25,878 nt of DNA from Desulfobulbaceae bacterium. GTDB taxonomy: Bacteria; Desulfobacterota; Desulfobulbia; Desulfobulbales; Desulfobulbaceae. The position numbers and the translations under genes are program-made. Shown piece by piece: positions 23,936 through 25,878 of the stretch. The notes below the pieces were generated by a model that did no database searches, had not been told where the DNA came from, and saw only the letters and a list, made by a program, of their open reading frames with translations. The first letter of the stretch is position 1. The number at the start of each line of letters is the position of its first letter. The stretch spans positions 1 to 25,878 of the forward strand of contig DAOVTM010000001.1 in assembly GCA_030633145.1 (NCBI GenBank), read 5' to 3'.

Positions 23936-25192
23936 GGTTTCTCTTCTTTTGGATATTTTTTTTTGGCATCCTTCATTTCCCGGTTGACACTTTTCGCACA
24001 ATCTGGTTCCCAGGTAAGCGAAGACTCCGAGCTCCAGCTTGGGAACCAGGAAAGAATATTCCTGCAGCCAATAGTCAAGAATTTTGCCATTGAGAGTTTG
24101 CAAGTTGGTTTCTCCATCTTGCCAGGTTGCAACAGTGGTTGTAGGTTGAGTTCCAACGAAAGCATCCAGAAGTTGTGGAGAGTGTGTCGTCAGAATAACT
24201 TGACATCTATTAGCTGCATCAACCGCAAACTCTGCAACCAAAGGCAGCATGGATGGATGCAGCCCTGTTTCCGGTTCGTCTATAGCGATAATAGGTGCCG
24301 GTGACGGGTTTGCCAGCACAGTTAATAAAAACAAAAAACGAAGGGTTCCATCTGAAAGCTCGGTAGCTGATTGTTCACGTTTTAATGATTTCCAGCGTAC
24401 TCTCATTTGAATTCTCTGATCAGATGCAGGAGGAAAGACCAGCTCTTCAAAATCATCACCAAATGCTGCTTTCATGGCAGAGTTTATATCGTTTTTGAAG
24501 TCACGATCACCGCTGTAAAGCGTATGCAATACTGAAATGAGGTTTTGTCCGTCAGGATCAACCCGTTTTTCCATGCGGGAGACAGTCGGTTGACGAATAG
24601 CGGCATCTTGATTGGTGTTTAATTGATGATAAACAGCAATTGATGCCAGGTCTCGTTGGAAAGCGTGAATATAACGATTATTAGTAAATGGTCCCGATGC
24701 GATTGAGAGGAGGCTTTCCTCCTCTGATATAAATTCTTCTGGCGTGGCAAAGGTATGTTCTGTTTCATCTAAAATAACAGCTTTATTTGAGTATCGCTCT
24801 AAAATTTTAATTGGTTTCTTTTTAATAGTTTTTTGAGATTCATGAGATTTTGTCAAAAGCTCTTTTTTTATTTTATATGAACTGCCAGCTCCGAGTCGTG
24901 CTATTTCAAGTTCGTAATGCTCCGGGGCTGGCTCTCCTTCATTATGGTTTGTTTTAAGGCTATATTTAATGGAAGGAGCAGAGCCATCCCAAACAATCGG
25001 ATCCATTCCACCCAATGATTGAATATACCTGCCAAGTCTTCCCTGGGAAGATACAGAGATTAATTCTAATAACTGGAGCAGATTTGACTTTCCGCTACCA
25101 TTAGGTCCGATAATAACATTGAGGTTTCCAGGGAACCAGCTAACATTTCGAAGAGACCGGAAACCCTCAATATCTAATTGCGTAATCTTCAC
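23669..25192 (-). CDS. ABC/AAA_21-type ATPase reading through into the antitoxin-like ORF
   Basis: IEGFRSL, GPNGSGKS (Walker A), LSDGT signature, IAIDEPETGLHP (Walker B), LTTHSPQLL; family-like sequence ends near WLQEYS (about 24056). Confidence 0.85.
   Translation of the reverse strand: MKITQLDIEGFRSLRNVSWFPGNLNVIIGPNGSGKSNLLQLLELISVSSQGRLGRYIQSLGGMDPIVWDGSAPSIKYSLKTNHNEGEPAPEHYELEIARLGAGSSYKIKKELLTKSHESQKTIKKKPIKILERYSNKAVILDETEHTFATPEEFISEEESLLSIASGPFTNNRYIHAFQRDLASIAVYHQLNTNQDAAIRQPTVSRMEKRVDPDGQNLISVLHTLYSGDRDFKNDINSAMKAAFGDDFEELVFPPASDQRIQMRVRWKSLKREQSATELSDGTLRFLFLLTVLANPSPAPIIAIDEPETGLHPSMLPLVAEFAVDAANRCQVILTTHSPQLLDAFVGTQPTTTVATWQDGETNLQTLNGKILDYWLQEYSFLVPKLELGVFAYLGTRLCEKCQPGNEGCQKKISKRRETMITKERLKIKIDNVQDEYLDVLYRIIQVFEYAQSPECMIAENQSSVSPIQVQETQEWLAFINKTYGCLADDPIKRGKQGVFEVREAIQ
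24003..24049 (-). repeat. Internally deleted REP-like element at the ATPase/antitoxin junction
   Basis: CTGGTTCCCA (24003-24012) / TGGGAACCAG (24040-24049) IR; shares CTGGTTCCCA and CGCTTACCTGG with the 25311-25412 element. Confidence 0.75.
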
Positions 25193-25292
25193 TTTTGTTT
25201 TCCTTTACCAGATGCTCATTTCGTCCTGTAAGCTCATCTCAACGGTTTTTATTTTTTTTTAACGTACGCTTTGATAAGTACTAATGCACAAT

Positions 25293-25451
25293 TAATCTAA
25301 CATTTTCCCACTGGTTCCCATGCTCCTGCGTGGGAACCGTGATATGCCGCTCCAGCGGCTAACATGACAGACGGAGTCTCGCAGGCTCGCTTACCTGGAG
25401 CGTAGGAACGAGTAAACGGGTAAATGCTGTCCGTTGTAAAATGTTAGATTA
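25293..25451. mobile_element. MITE/REPIN-like element: 14-bp terminal IR enclosing a REP doublet
   Basis: TAATCTAACATTTT (25293-25306) / AAAATGTTAGATTA (25438-25451) perfect IR; inside are GTTCCCATGCTCCTGCGTGGGAAC (25314-25337) and the inverted degenerate half CTGGAGCGTAGGAACGAG (25395-25412). Confidence 0.6.
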
Positions 25452-25555
25452 TTTATGTTCACCTACTTAGAACGGACATTCCGCACCCTCCAGAAACATT
25501 TTTCCGAATTTCATCACAGACTTTTAAAATTTTACCAAAGCACATAACTCCGCAT

Positions 25556-25878
25556 TTATTGCTGAAATTCAAAAAGCCACCAATTATCTTGCAATTTAGC
25601 GTACACGTTGTACGGAACTTTAAGTAATTTTAGCACCTGATTATGTAATGCTGTTACTCCCTTTACTGTAGATTGTATAATCTCATCGCCTTTTTTGATC
25701 AGAGCAAGATGAATAGAACGAAAGAAATAGAGGATATTGTTCCAGGTTGGCGCCTTGGTTTTCATTTTAGCCGGTAGGATTTGTAAGTTTTCTATCTTTT
25801 CTATTATCATTTGATTACGTATATTTCGCTCAATCAAACTTACTATCATCAGCGCTATAAAGTAGAGAAACATCATTG
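25556..25878 (-). mobile_element. 3' end of an IS1634-like DDE transposase (5' part outside the window)
   Basis: MFLYFIALMIVSLIERNIR...PTW..ILYFF...LKLLKVP resembles, from recall, the IS1634 C-terminus; AT-rich. Confidence 0.65.

Noticed and set aside
25470-25495. Right terminal inverted repeat of the IS near GACATTCCGCAC
   Set aside because: The other end is outside the window, so the IR cannot be verified

Overview
Mostly housekeeping DNA from an anaerobic deltaproteobacterium; the protein styles suggest Desulfobulbaceae/Desulfocapsaceae (inference, no search run). Left to right: a sigma54-driven pair of paralogous small membrane proteins (one with an HmcD-like tail, running off the left edge); a stub of an AbrB/MazE-type antitoxin; hisS-aspS; a FabX/nitronate-monooxygenase-like flavoprotein, pcnB and an EEP gene; pgeF; two tandem 531-aa DUF3373-like outer-membrane paralogs; a secreted PLA2-like protein; a TPP-riboswitch operon thi4 / thiD2-thiE / thiC; a hybrid histidine kinase; an operon-like run hemE, HD protein, PAS protein, RNase Z-like hydrolase, OmpA protein; and an AT-richer right end with an ABC/AAA ATPase fused in frame to an antitoxin-like ORF, vapC, and the 3' end of an IS1634-like transposase. 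The most unusual layer is non-coding. At least three families of short inverted or tandem elements (REP-like hairpins, 9-mer CGCAGAT(T/G)A arms, 7-mer arrays) sit at gene junctions, nest inside each other, and are translated into protein C-termini. One of them creates the ATPase-antitoxin fusion. No rRNA, tRNA or CRISPR array was seen. Several start codons from the ORF track were moved on RBS or promoter evidence.
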